A DNA stretch of 64,000 bases from Perkinsus olseni (GCA_013115125.1 JABANN010000128.1:1-64000); one strand, 5' to 3'; shown: positions 37,668 to 50,176, counted from the stretch's first letter. The notes: a model not told the origin generated them from the sequence alone. A program made the numbers and translations.

Positions 37668-39013
37668 ATGGCCGCTGCCTCCACCCCGACGATCGATTAT
37701 TTGATAGACATATCGAGGCAGGCTGGGAAGCTCATAAGAGATGCCTACCACCGAGCAAAGCACGTCGATTGCAAAGTATCGGCGGCAGATCTGGTAGTCC
37801 GCGAAGGGAGAGTCAGGAGGGGCGGCAGTGTGCTGGGCAGGTCACGGAGACCGACGTCGCGGTGGAGAGATTTCTGATAGAGAGAATCGCCAGCAGTTTC
37901 CCCACGTGAGCCGAGGCTAGATCAACGTGGGTCGCCGAGGTCTGCCCCTGTGTCGTCGTTGCAGGCATAAGTTCCTTGCGGAAGAGTCTTCGAGGGAGGA
38001 TGATCAGCTGTCCTCGGACCCAACATGGGTGATCGATCCTATTGACGGTAACTGATGGTGCATCACTACTGGGTGGACGCGTCTCCTTAGGGACCACCAA
38101 TTTTGTCTGCACCTTCCCGCAGTGCGCTACGTGTAATAAACGTCCCTCTGATCTTCCCCGCTAGGTTTCTGTTCAGCTATTGCTTTTGCTATGGACAAGG
38201 AGATCAGACTGGCCTGCGTGTTCAACCCTATCACAGATGAGGTAGTAGTCCTGATCGCCTCGGTGATGGCATCAGCTCAACAACACAGATGTGGTACGCC
38301 TCCTTGGGTAATGGGGCCTACTATGTCCCTGCGGAGGGCTCGGAAGCGGTCAAGATTCATACATCGGGAAAGACAGAGCTTGGGGACTCCCTTGTTAGTG
38401 AGTAGCCCCCGCTCTACTACTACGGCCATCGAATGTTCACGCAGGCCTGGGCTATAACGTACCTCTTCTACGGAGTGACCAGCGGGACACTAACCGTAAC
38501 ATCATCACTCACACTCTAGGCGCTTTACTTACCCTGCAGGTGGACGCCGCATCGCTGAGGTTGTGTGCAAGAACCATAGAATGCTGATGTAGTGCTCCGC
38601 TAGCAGCAGCCCCATCCACCGACTGGTGTTCAGGTATAATTCGAGGGACATCAGGAGAGTTGGCAGCGCTGCGATCGATCTTTGCTACGTCGCTATGGGA
38701 AGGGAAGACTGGTAGTAGGCGTGTGAGGGTCCTCTCTCCTGTGGTCCCGAGCGACGCCGTTGATAGCTACTTCGAGCTTGGCATCAAGGAGTGGGACATC
38801 GCCGCTGGTGTACTGATTCTGTCGGAGGCCGGTGGCTGCTACAGCCTTATCAATGGGGAGAAGCCTGATGACCTCCTCCATCGACGCCAAATACTCGCTT
38901 GTGCGTCGGAGGCACTACGTAAGTTGGCTGTGGGGGTGCCTGGGTGAGGTGGTGTGGTAGGCACTGAGATGAGCTCAAAGTTGGAGTACATCGACTGGTG
39001 GGAGGGCCTCTGA
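37668..39013 (+). CDS. IMPA: Inositol monophosphatase, multi-exon
   Basis: DLVTETD, AEES, WVIDPIDGTTNFV, GSAAIDLCYVA, KEWDIAAG motifs after splicing. Confidence 0.93.
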
Positions 39014-39213
39014 TTTTCTCACACCTCGTATTCTGAGCAACCTTCTGATAATAATGATGATGATGACAACTGTCCGTACACTAGGGATGCCGCTACGGGA
39101 GTGTTTTGTTTAACTCCTGCTGTCAATCTCTCAGGGGCTCTCTTTGGGATCTATCTCCCACGCATACCACATGACTGTTCTCGGTGGATAAGGTTTTCTT
39201 TCGGCTTATCATC

Positions 39214-39633
39214 ATGATGTGGAAGGCTACTCTCCTCCTCTTGGTGGCGGTTCTCCTCCCCTTCGTTACAGCAGCCTTCGACGATGACGATGATCATGCC
39301 GATACTAGTGAGTACGAGAAGGACTTCGACGAGTTTGACCAGGATGGTGATGGTAAGTGTATCTGTGATGCGCAAGAAAGGACGGTTGTTGTCCATGGCA
39401 GGGCTGATCGACGCACAGGAGATCAGGAGCGTCTACACCGGCACTCTCCGCCCGCAGGATCTCGACGCTTTCGTAGGTTTGGTGCGCCTAAGGCCGGCCC
39501 CATGGCTGTCTCAGGTCCGCAAAGTGGATGTGAACCAAGACGGGCTGAGTAGGGCTGGGAGGCCACTTGTCTTTCATTGTTATTTTCAGTCACCTATCCA
39601 GAGTATATCGACTATGCTATGGTCAACAAATAG
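39214..39633 (+). CDS. Small secreted two-EF-hand Ca2+-binding protein, 4 exons
   Basis: Signal peptide MMWKATLLLLVAVLLPFVTA; EF loops DQDGDGLIDAQE and DVNQDGLITYPE. Confidence 0.85.
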
Positions 39634-39849
39634 AAACCATTAGGTGAACATGTACATACCTATGCCGATAATGATTTCCTTGACGGACGCTTTGAGTTTA
39701 CCAGTCTGGGGAGACCCGGGAGTGGATGATTCAGCCGTCGTATGGTAGACGTCCCCCATTCTCACTCATCAATTTCAACTCAACCCTCAAACGCCGAGAT
39801 GTGAAATTTGATAAACTCATTAATCATCATCTGCAGAAAACAGTAGTGG

Positions 39850-42750
39850 TATACTCAACAACACAGTCCCGGAACCTGAGCAGACACAGTACCACACTTT
39901 CCCTTATTCACCTTACCTATCATAGTGAAGAGCCGCAGCTCCAAGCTCGTTGCGGAGGCAGAGGCCTGTGAAGGAACAAATCGCCATCGGCGAGACGAAG
40001 CGAATGAGACTCACCATTTCGGATTTGAGCTCTTCGTTATCGGCGAGTATCCCTTCGGTCTCCTTCCTGAGCTTAGCGGCGGATGGCGCAGTTCGTAGGA
40101 GCAGAATCGAAGGGTCGAACCCGTCTGAGTGACAGCAGTGGCAAGGAGATGGAATAGCCCTTTATCGACGAACCTTGCTTATCATCCGGCGTGACGGCAC
40201 CCTGCCCTGCTAAGGCCTCACTGAGAGCACTCCTCAACCTAAGATACGGTATCGATATGGGAGGGTCAAGAAGAGCCCGCCACTCACCTTTTCATCAGCT
40301 CTGAGGAGTCAGGGGTGAGCTGCAAGGCTACACCCTTCACGAGACACCTGGAAAGGGGACATTTAAGATTCTCACACTCATGTTACCCGAACAATTGGCA
40401 GCTAGTGCTACAGAAAATGTATTTTCCTGCATTTTGGGAGTGTGAACGAAGCGTGGTTAATAAGACATTGCGGTCTCCACGATTGCTTCACGAGAGTACA
40501 GTTACTCGTGAAATTCTGCAAGTGCCCTTCGTGTGAGCTGGTATTTCGAACACGCGACTATCGCGGAGTGACTTGACATCAACACGGGATTTCCGCGTTC
40601 TCCCCTTTCCGGTAGTGGGGGGTGAGATTCGTGCCAGTGAATGATGATCATCGTGAGATAAGCCGATTCTCACGTAATGGCGCCAGCTGCCAGCCTGAGG
40701 TGTTTCTCTTTCTCCAAGAACTCTTCGGCCGCCGACTTCAAGGCAGCCACACACACATCGGTCTTGCCAGTGGGTATCCTACAGATCGATCAACATTCGT
40801 CCGCCAGGAGTATCGAAATGACGCTAACCTCATATCGTTGAGGATGATGCGGAGCTTGTCCTTGCTTGGAGTTGCCTTCTTCGTCAGCTTCTTCGGGGCT
40901 TCCTTCATAGCCACGTCTTGGATGTCAGCGCACAGCGTCATGAAGTCAGGGGAGGTTACCCGAACCTGGCATACCCACGATAACGTCCCCAGCGCTGCTA
41001 GCCGGGCCGCTCACCTCTAGACGGCAGGGGTCCCCGCCCTCACTCTCCACATCATCCTTCTTCTGCTTTTGTTTCTTGTCTGAAACGGACATCTCCCGCG
41101 ATGTGTCTCTCCGCTACACCCTCCTACCCTTGGCTGCCTTCTTTGCCTTAGCCGGCTTAGCCTCTTTCTCGGGCTCAGCGGGAGGAGGAGGGGCGATGGT
41201 CTCCCGCATCTCATCGGTCACCTCGATCTCCTCGTCGAGTGGGAGGGTATAATTTACAGCAAAGAAGCCGTCCTCTTGCTTTTCTTCTGAGAGAGGCAAA
41301 AAAGGCTTCCAAGCAAGCATTCGCTCGAGCCTTTTCCTTGTCGAGGACCGCACAAAGCAGTGAACCCTCATCAAGAACGCTAAAACGGAGCTCTTCAGCC
41401 GCCCATCAGCTCACCTATCATCGAGCACAGTTCAACCTTCTCCACCTTCTCTCCCGTGTCGTCACCCTGATCGTGATTCCCTCCGAAGAGTGACCTCAGT
41501 GGCGCTTACCAAATCCGCATCATCATCTCCGAGTTTAGTTTTTATATCATCAATACTGGGTATCTTCAAAGCCGTTCGCGCCTCTTTCTTGTTCTTCCGC
41601 AACTCCGGGAATTTCTGATATCACCACAGGGAACTCAGTAAGATGCGTCCCCTGTCGGCCTACCTTCACCCGCCTCATCCCTTGGGCCGCCTTGATGATG
41701 GTAGCATGCGGCTTGAACTCCGAACCTGATGTCAGTGACCGCTGCTCTGGCAGAGTCCGCTAGCGTCTAACGCTCTCCTATTCCGGCACATCGCCGAGTA
41801 ATTCAAGACACCAGCCTACTGACCTACTCTTCTCCTTCGCCATTTGAATGTTGCGTCCCTTCAACTCGGTCGAAAGGAGCTCGTAGTATCTGAGGCTCAG
41901 CTGCAGCTACTGACCACCATCAAGCCTCGTACCTCCGCAGTACAGCAGAAGTATCCTCATCCATCTTTAAGTGGAGGACTCCTGGGAAGGACCTGATGGA
42001 AGACCATGACCACTCTCCTTCATCAAGGGTAGCTCCTCCAGAACCTTCCCCTCACCCTAGCTCTGTCGGCTGCAGCTTTATCCCTCCCCCCTGTCGCTCA
42101 TCTAACAGCTCCTTCGTGGCGATCTTTATAGCATTGATAGCATCTTGCTTCCTCTCCTCGCTTTCCAACCTGTCAAGATCATCACCCTCGGCAGCCGGTC
42201 AGACCTTACCTCATAACTGCCATCGACAAGTGGACCTTCTCTCTCTTAACACAGGCCTCCTTCATGATCTCGTGGGCGTCCTCAGTCACACAGTCCTGAA
42301 CTCTTCCGCAGTAGTCCAGCACTTTCGGGTTCGTCACCCTTATCTGACACCACAGGGCTTGCTACCACAACCACAAGCGTCGAACTTCTCACAGCCAGGA
42401 AGTGGGTCAGCAAGGGCCGGCCCGCCTTCTTGCCCGGGGCTTTACCCGGAGGAGCTCCTCCCTCTGGCAGCTCCTCCACCTCGGACACTGCGGACTTCTC
42501 CTCAGCATCATCGCCGCTCGAAATATCCTCGGCCGTCTTAAAGCCCTCTGAGGGTCAAATCGTCACCCAGGGCTCATCATCCTCATCTCCCAACTTCACC
42601 TGTGACTTCAGAAGGTTTCCGCTTCACCGCTGGTGGTTCGTCTACACTGGACGGTGCGCTCTCAGAAGGCAACTCTGAGGCTTTGTCCCCGGCCTTAGGA
42701 GGCAATGGCTGTGACTTTAACACGGTTGTGAATACTCTCTTATTAGACAT
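39850..42750 (-). CDS. AKAP7/ASCC1-like 2H phosphoesterase with long C-terminal extension (3' end approximate)
   Basis: LTHFLAV, KVHLSMAVMRL, FKPHATIIK (two Hx[S/T] motifs), VELCSM, DGFFAVNYTLPL; charged low-complexity N-terminus. Confidence 0.72.
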
Positions 42751-42986
42751 TCGCAGAAGTAGCGTTGATGTTATCGATCGCGAGAGTATGAAGGAAGTAC
42801 TAATCTGCAGTAGCTGCATCATCAGAGACTTTTATGAGAGCTACTGTCTCCGCCTCGCCTTTTCCCTCAGCTCTGCTGTTCCCGCCACTACTACTGAACT
42901 CAACACACTAGGAGGTTCCTAAAACTGTAGCACTGCGGCCATGCAACAGAGATGACTATTATGAAACTACGTCAACTAACGCGGCC

Positions 42987-43496
42987 CTAAGGAGAGACGA
43001 AGTAGCTGCCGGCAGTGGAGGGATGGCCGGCGGGGCTGTTGGCGATGATCTCGCCTGGCTTCAACAGCTGCGGCTGAGTTGGCTGCTGCTGTTGCGTGAC
43101 AACGATGTAGTCGCTGGTGCTCGTGCCGAGCTCACTTGAGAATGGGGATTGTAAGTGATACTGTTGACGACATATCGGGCAGAAAATGGAAGTGCCGGAC
43201 CTGAGGATCGAACCTGTGCCTGGCGCTTCGTGATTCACTATCGTGGTGGCATGGATAGACCTCCCACATCGAGACAAAGTTGCTCCCGCATGCACCGCAA
43301 TGAACTTCCTTAGCCCCTCCTTCCTGGACCGCCTTGGCCGCCTGTACTTGCATCTCTATGGATGCGCACAGCGAAGAATCTTTCAAGATACCTTCTGACA
43401 GCAGCTACCTTTCTCGAAGATATAACGATGCTCCTCTTCCGTAAGGATGTCATTGGCCGGATTGACGGTCATCGGTCGTTCACAGAAGTTGCCCAT
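42987..43496 (-). CDS. Small zinc-ribbon protein with putative N-acylation, spliced
   Basis: N-terminus MGNFC; VHCGACG ... IFCPICRQ pair. Confidence 0.6.
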
Positions 43497-43616
43497 GGTG
43501 GCGGAGGAAAGTGCAACGGAACTACTGCAGAGCCTCCCTCTCACACCCAGGACTGCACGAAGAAGGCATCTTAGGTTGAAGCTGGTGAATTACAAGTGGT
43601 GCTAGAAAACTAGAGA

Positions 43617-45572
43617 TCACGGCGTGACAGATCCTCCGGCTACTCCGACCGCCATGGCACCTGCATCAATATACAGTCCCAAGCCAAGACACCGAGTTGC
43701 GTTACCAACATGGCACCCCGCCCGCAATGCTGACTCCTCATCGTGAGGGTCCTTCAGCCAGGAGGACAGGAAGGCCGCAGTGAAAGCATCACCCGCTCCA
43801 CAGGCATCTACTACGGACGCCTGATATAGCAGTAGCCGACGATAATGTCGACTGGGCGCGCGCATCGCCTACCTTTTCTGCGGGGCAGTGCGTAAAGCCT
43901 TGAACGGAGGACACGAAGGCCCCTCGGTCAGCTAAGGTGACCACCACCTTCAAACCTGAGTCCTTAGCGTACATCACCGCAGCCAGAGAGAAACGGGAAG
44001 ATACTACCTTGGTTCCCATCGCTCAACCCGTGATACAGGATATGGGCCGCGTTCCGCTCCGCGACAGGATCGGCAGACTGTTGTTGCGGCAGATGCAACA
44101 GCGTTGGCTCGAAGTCTGAACCGTGAGCCACCATTCCGGGCCGTAGGGAGGGCGGGCCGTACCTCTTCTGAGCTTGCTCAGAGTGTTTGCTACACGCTGA
44201 GCTTCCTCTTCATTGCATATAAGAATATCAATCATACCAAGGAGTTCTGCTACTCCTCCATCCCAGGTGCCAGTCGCGTCGAATTGCGGCGACAGTGATG
44301 TCGAACAGCCCGCCCTGAGAAGAGAACGGGAAGGTGTGGTATGGGCGAGGGAGATGGTGCTTCAATCCGGCGCCGTCTAGTCGCGATGCGGATCGATACG
44401 TGTCATGTGATGCGACTTGTGAAAAGATACGAGTACTGAGTATCACACTGCAGCTGTTTTGAACAATTCAATGATCGACCTAAGATTCCACAAAGAGATG
44501 GTACCAAATCTGGCCTGAACTACGCTCTTGAAGTACCCTCAGCGGAGTTTCGCGTTTCGCTTCGCTCCGCCGGAAATTCATGGATTGATCGCATGGTCAA
44601 AGTCGATCGAGAGGAGGAATGCTTATCAGCTGCTGCCTCACTCCTTAGCCCTCCTCACTAAGTCCAATATACCTGGCCATAGTCCTTGGCAGTTGTAGTA
44701 GCCACCGAGATGCATATGACGAGGAGTATCTGAGGTTGATCATGGGAACTGACAGAATGGAAGATACCTTCTCACGGCTGCGAGACAGCCTGGACTCACC
44801 TGAGGGGATGCCCTCGAGGAAGGCAGGTATGCTGATGTTAGCGCAAGTCATAACGTCCATAGTACCACCTGACACCATCACCTCTGGTTACACCACAACA
44901 AGCTGCTGCTGCTGCCAGCAGTACGCTTGGACACGAAGGCCCGATCCTTGCTGCCTGACACGCATACACAGACACCGCTCTCGTAGTGGTCAACGTCTTG
45001 CAGGGGTACCACCTGCCATAGAGGGAGTTTACACATTCTCAGAGGGGATAAACGGTTACCCTCACTCCGCTGCGTTCGAGGCGGTCCATCAGCGCTTGCC
45101 CTACAAAGCAAGGAGCATCCTACCCACCCTGGGCTGTATATACTACCAGCGAAGTCGGTCTCATCGAAGGTCTTGACAAGGCTAACAGCTGCCGAGGGGT
45201 TGCAGTACTTCAACCATACTGCAGAGTTGAGGGCCGACCCTCCGGCGACTCTCTCCACGGACTCAGCTAGTCTCTGATGATGCAGCCTGCGAACTACTAG
45301 GGCAGCGAATCTGCTACGTCCTCTCCCCACTCCGGCAGGTCGTCCTTCTCTAATCGACAGACGATATCACAGAAGCTGTCTCCAATGACTGCTACTGCCA
45401 CCGAAGGTGGTCGCGACTGATCAGAAGCAGGCCGGTGAGAAGACCACAGTGGCAGCGATAGCAGCCCTACCTCCCGTCCACGTCTCCGCCTCTTGAACTC
45501 GCATATTGCGACAACACCCAAGGAAAGCACTGCTGCTCCTATCAACCGAGGGCGATCCACTTCCAAATCAAA
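43617..45572 (-). CDS. pfkB family carbohydrate kinase with N-terminal TM (start codon not located)
   Basis: VIGDSFCD, AGGSALNSA, ILICNEEEA, VVTLADRGA, VVDACGAGDAFTAAFL signature. Confidence 0.85.
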
Positions 45573-45758
45573 CTAAACGAACTGAGCTCGAGCGAAGCTA
45601 CTCGAACGGTCCGGACGCACTCGCCGGTGAGGCCACCTCGGACGACCGACTAACAGCGCAACAATCTACAGATACAAACTTACTGCTTCAGTGATTGTGA
45701 GAGACTGGCTAAATGAAATTGAACACCATCAACGGCTGATACAGGGACGGCTGGCCCC

Positions 45759-46151
45759 CTAGTCCTTACTGAGGGACTTGTAGGCAGCCCCAGCAGCCGC
45801 ACCAGCAGCCCGCCCTGCCGAGTCCAGAGCGGCATAGGTCTTGGCCTTCCTCTCAGGGGTGAAGTGGTCGTCTATGAAGTCCTTGGTGGTGTGGTAGGCA
45901 GCAGAAGTAGCAGTACTAGCCACCCTCCACGTCCGGCCCAGCTGAGACCTATCCCCCCTACTAAGGGAGAAACCGTCCTCTGACAGAGTGAGGAGGTAGT
46001 CATAACCCTCACAGGACTTCTGCCATGCATACTCCGAAGCCTTCTTGCACCTTTCGAAGGCTTCCGAGTTGAAGATGTTATCGACGAATTCAGTGCTGCA
46101 GACCGAACTCTCAACTGCAGACATTTCTAGATCTGTCCTTAATGGCTGCAT
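45759..46151 (-). CDS. Hypothetical helical protein, paralog 1, intronless
   Basis: Shares AWQKSCEGYDYLLT.SE.G..L.R...SQ.GR.W...STATS with the neighbouring ORF. Confidence 0.75.
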   Translation of the reverse strand: MQPLRTDLEMSAVESSVCSTEFVDNIFNSEAFERCKKASEYAWQKSCEGYDYLLTLSEDGFSLSRGDRSQLGRTWRVASTATSAAYHTTKDFIDDHFTPERKAKTYAALDSAGRAAGAAAGAAYKSLSKD

Positions 46152-46368
46152 TCAGGATGATATTACGATACTCAATACCAACACAACCGTAGCTTGCGGA
46201 AGAAACAACAACGACTAGTGTAGAGAATCAATTGTGCTTTAAATCAGATAGGGTGTGGGACAAGGAGAACCGCTCACACCGCGATGTTTCTGCTGCTGCT
46301 GCTGCTGTCCTTGCCGGTCGTCCCACTGTGAAGAATGAGTAGTACTCTCCTCCAAGAGAGCAGCGCCT

Positions 46369-47142
46369 TTAATGGCTCCTCAGAGTGGACTTGTAGGAAG
46401 CGCTAGAGGCGGTCTTGCTGCCAGTAGAGGTACTGAAGGCCTTCCTGTTGTCAGCCACCTTCCTTCCGACACCAGGGAGAACAGGGGAAGGAGCCCCAGC
46501 CGTGTTATGGGCCTTAGCAGGGTCAACGGTACTAGCATCTCTCACCGCACCCACGGTCTTTGCCTCCTTCAAAACCTCCGCGGGCTTAGCCTCTTTCACA
46601 ACATCAGTAGTAGCAGGAGCAGTCTGCTTAGTCTGCTTTACAGCATCAGCGGACTTAGTCTCGACCTCCTTGATCAGACCAACAGGCTTCACGTCCTTCA
46701 TGTCTTTATCGCCTCCGCCGCCGACCACTTTGTAGGCCTTCTCGACGTCCTTCACCACAGGGACCTTCTCGGCCTCGTCGGCCACTAGCTCTTCACCCTC
46801 CTTCTCAGCCGCTGTCTTTATACACTTCTCCTCCACCACATGCTTAGCCTCCTTCACATAACGGGGAGTGTTCTTCACAACAACACTAGTGGCGGTGCTC
46901 ACAACGGACCAGCTCCGACCAAACTGAGACTTCCCATCTCTGTCCAAGTCCAAGCCTTCTTCCGACCGAGTCAACAGGTAGTCGTAGCCCTCGCAGGTCT
47001 TCTGCCAAACATACCCAGCGGCCTCCTTAGCTTTGGCGTAGGCGTCAGAATCGACCACCTTGTGATAGGTTTCCGAACCGCACATGGAGCCGTCGACACG
47101 AGCCTGCTCCTGTGCTGATAATTCCAATGGATAACTACTCAT
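46369..47142 (-). CDS. Hypothetical helical protein, paralog 2, with Lys/Glu/Val-rich repeats (VKEAK/VKDVE), intronless
   Basis: 257 aa ORF with the shared core VWQKTCEGYDYLLTRSEEG. Confidence 0.8.
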   Translation of the reverse strand: MSSYPLELSAQEQARVDGSMCGSETYHKVVDSDAYAKAKEAAGYVWQKTCEGYDYLLTRSEEGLDLDRDGKSQFGRSWSVVSTATSVVVKNTPRYVKEAKHVVEEKCIKTAAEKEGEELVADEAEKVPVVKDVEKAYKVVGGGGDKDMKDVKPVGLIKEVETKSADAVKQTKQTAPATTDVVKEAKPAEVLKEAKTVGAVRDASTVDPAKAHNTAGAPSPVLPGVGRKVADNRKAFSTSTGSKTASSASYKSTLRSH

Positions 47143-47298
47143 TACAAAATACTATGATACTGTGAAAAAAGTTGCGGTAGTAGGTTCTCGAAGTAGCGTT
47201 GAGGAAATGCAAGATTCGGCAAGATTGCAAGATTAGGCTAGAAGATACCGACCACACTTCAAGACTGAACACAGTGCTGTGTATTGATAGAAACGTCG

Positions 47299-47825
47299 TC
47301 AGTCGCCGCGCCATATGTTGCCACACTTAACGCATCGGTAAAAGGTTGTCATCGGCTCATCAGCACTCCTGATCTGCATCTGCTTGAAGTAAGCCCGGTT
47401 AGAGTCGCAGCCATCAGCAGGGCAAACAGCTGAGGAGAGGTGGTCATGGAGACGGACAGAGGGAGGCAAGAGTTCCTACCTTCAGTCTGCTGAACATCCT
47501 TCCATGCATCTGGTCCTCCGAGGACATCCTCAACCACAGGGCCACCTGGTAATGGCAAGAGAATGACAAAAATGACAGCCGCCGGGATTGAACCCGGGTC
47601 TCTCGACAGACAGGGCTCACCTTCCTTGTGTAATATCTCCTTCTGCGTCAGCTTCTCGGAGATGGGGAATAAATAAGGACATGTCCGGCACCAGTACCTG
47701 CCACCGCGACCATCAACCCAAGTACAGCAACCTCTTCCCCCTCCTCCTTCTCACTTCATCGTATCATGACCAGCTTGTAAGACTAGTAAATTCCCGCACG
47801 TCGGGCAAAACAACACTCCGGACAT
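47299..47825 (-). CDS. POLR3K: RNA polymerase III subunit RPC10/C11, 4 exons
   Basis: LFCPTCGNLL, YWCRTCPY, EDVLGGPDAW, RAYFKQMQIRSADEPMTTFYRCVKCGNIWR (TFIIS-like RSADE zinc ribbon). Confidence 0.93.
47568..47615 (-). promoter_or_regulatory. Intronic tRNA-derived B-box with T5 in the RPC10 gene
   Basis: Intron 47546-47620 reads GTGAGCCCTGTCTGTCGAGAGACCCGGGTTCAATCCCGGCGGCTGTCATTTTT. It matches the B-box GGTTCRANNC, forms a CCGGG/CCCGG hairpin and is followed by TTTTT. Confidence 0.55.
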
Positions 47826-48197
47826 TACTAAGAACAACTATTCCGTGCTTTCTGACACCTCTAGCTGTGGAACTCAGAAGCCTCGGTATGATAGAGAAAT
47901 ATAGCCATTATCAGCGGATATCAGGTTACAAGTTGCTTTCGTTGGTAGACGTACAGTGTTGTAGTGGAACGTAGCATCACCAGCCAGACACGACGTCTGG
48001 TGATGATGAAGGAAGAAGACGACGATGGGGAAGAAGAAGAAGGAACATGGGTGGCACGGGTCACCGGTACGGTAGACGTAATTCGACCACTCAATCTTCA
48101 AGCTGTATTTTACGTATTCAGGCACTGCCCTCAGTTGCTACCTGGCCTGAAAGAAGGAATGGTGTTCCAGTATCTCCCCAAACCTCATATCAACGGC

Positions 48198-50176
48198 TCA
48201 AATTCCTGCCCAGGTTCGAACCCCACAACCACCATATGTTCTCTCGCCACCAATAATACCTTCTGTAGGTTTCTTCTCCGCCAGGGACTTCTTAGCGTTC
48301 TTCCCTCGGTATTTCTGTATGTTCTCCTTCCGCTTCGCCTGAGCTGCTGCCTGCTTCTCCTTGACCTCTCTGCTCCTCGCCGCCCTACATACCACAACCA
48401 TCACAACTCCTCCCCCCATCCCACCATCCTACCACTCCTCGCGTGACTTGTTCTTCTTCTTATCAATCGCCTTCTGAGCCTTCCTCAACTTATGGACATC
48501 ATCATGGACCTTCTCACCAGCAGCTCGCTTCATCGCCTGCCACAACACTCAACTGCCCCTTCCACGCCCTTCAAAAGCTATCCCCATATCATGACTAGGT
48601 CGTGCTCAAGCTAGCTTCTCCTACACCCTACATTCACTCTGCTTCTATGGTCCCAAACTACAAGACTCGAACTACAACCACCGCGACAGTGTACATATCG
48701 CCATCCCCGACAATACTACCCTCTCAATAGCCTTGTCTTGACTAAGTTTAACCCTCTCCTCTGCAGTGGATGCCTGGGTTATCTGCTGCTGCTCCTTCTC
48801 GGCCTGCTCTATCTCCTTCTCTAAGCGTTGCCGCTTGGAAACCTTCTTCTCCTTATGCTCCTCGACTGAGAGATAGTGAAAAGCCGATACAACGATTCGA
48901 ACCCACAACCTCGGCGAGGAAATCATCAGCGCCAACCCGCTCGGCCACATCGTCAAGATATTCCTACCATCAGCGGCTCTCTTCTTGAAGTTGAAGGAGC
49001 TGAAGTCAAGATCTTCCTTAACGTTAGCCTTCTCCTCTAGCTCCTCCTCCTCCCTCTCCTTCCTCTTAGCCGCAATAGCTGCCTTCATCTCGGCCTTCTT
49101 CTTTCCACCATTCTTGGCCTTCTTTTTTCGCTCAGCAGCATCAGCCTTCTGCTTCGCTCTTCGAAGTCTCTTAGCCTCAGCAGCATCTTCACCCTGACAG
49201 AATGACGCTCAGCGTCCCCCCAATGGACGGGTGCCCGTCAGAGATCACTGACAGGAATTCTCCTAGACAACCTTGCCCCGCATGATTCGAGCTCAACCCA
49301 AAGATACGCGGGAACGATTGAATAGCATCCAAGCTACAGTACTGCTAACGGTTAGTCTGAGTTGCGGAATACCCGCGATATTTAACAATCATTGAACCCT
49401 ACGGAAGTGTTCAATAGACTTCCCCTCTCGAATCCCAGAATCGAATTTTGCGCCCAAAAGTGGATCCCGGGAGCGCTTTCTAAGCTCAGGAGAGCTCCAT
49501 TGAAGGCCCGGAATGATCGGGCGAGCGCATCGACTACCTCCTCGTTCTCCTTAGCTGCCTTCTTCCACTCCTTCTGCGATTCCCGAGCCTCCCTGACCAA
49601 CTCGAGAGATTCCAGAATAAGGGACCGTGCCGATTCTCCCACCTCAAAGCTTCGATTTTGGCGTGAAGTTTTTCTCGAAGCTCCGCACCAGATACGGGAC
49701 GGGTGACTTCTGAGGACGGAAGGCGCAGTGAAGGCTACGACAGTCTGATGAACGCTCTGCGGAGGCATCCCCCTTCCCCTCTGTGGGCCACTCAAGAGCT
49801 ACTAGGCTCGACAGGGAACATATCACGGCCACGACTCTACCCGTCTATTACTAGCTTTCTTCTTCTTGGCATTCTTCTTCGCCCCAGAGATCTTTTCCTG
49901 CTCAGCTTTTCGTTTGCTTAGAACCTCCTCCAACACCCGAGTAGTGGTCTTAGCATTGCGAGGGTCCAACTGCCTGCTGTGGAAGCCCGCCTCCTGTACT
50001 GTTAGCGGAGAATCGCCGAAGGTTATCGTTTGAAGGTACTGATGAGCCGGAATCAAATCGATCGTTTGATCGATTACGTCCCGTATCTCCCTATACGTGC
50101 TCCGAAGAGCCTGCTTGCTAGGTGCCTTGGACGAGGGCGCCTCTGGAGTCTTCTGCACTGATGAAGGGACAGTCAT
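48198..50176 (-). CDS. SURF6: SURF6/Rrp14 family nucleolar protein, multi-exon
   Basis: N-terminal IDLIPAHQYL (Rrp14-like); C-terminal AMKRAAGEKVHDDVHKLRKAQKAIDKKKNKSREEW...KRKENIQK; highly K/E/R-rich. Confidence 0.82.

Noticed and set aside
30440-39633. Ca2+/inositol signalling cluster (calcineurin x2, IMPase, EF-hand)
   Set aside because: The EF-hand protein is secretory and cannot be the cytosolic calcineurin regulator. Adjacency may be chance without synteny evidence.
43494-43620. Possible splice fusing the pfkB kinase in frame to the zinc-ribbon gene
   Set aside because: A GT..AG of about 39 nt would give an in-frame read-through, but the kinase already ends plausibly at its stop and the downstream gene has its own acylation-type N-terminus. 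Needs RNA data.
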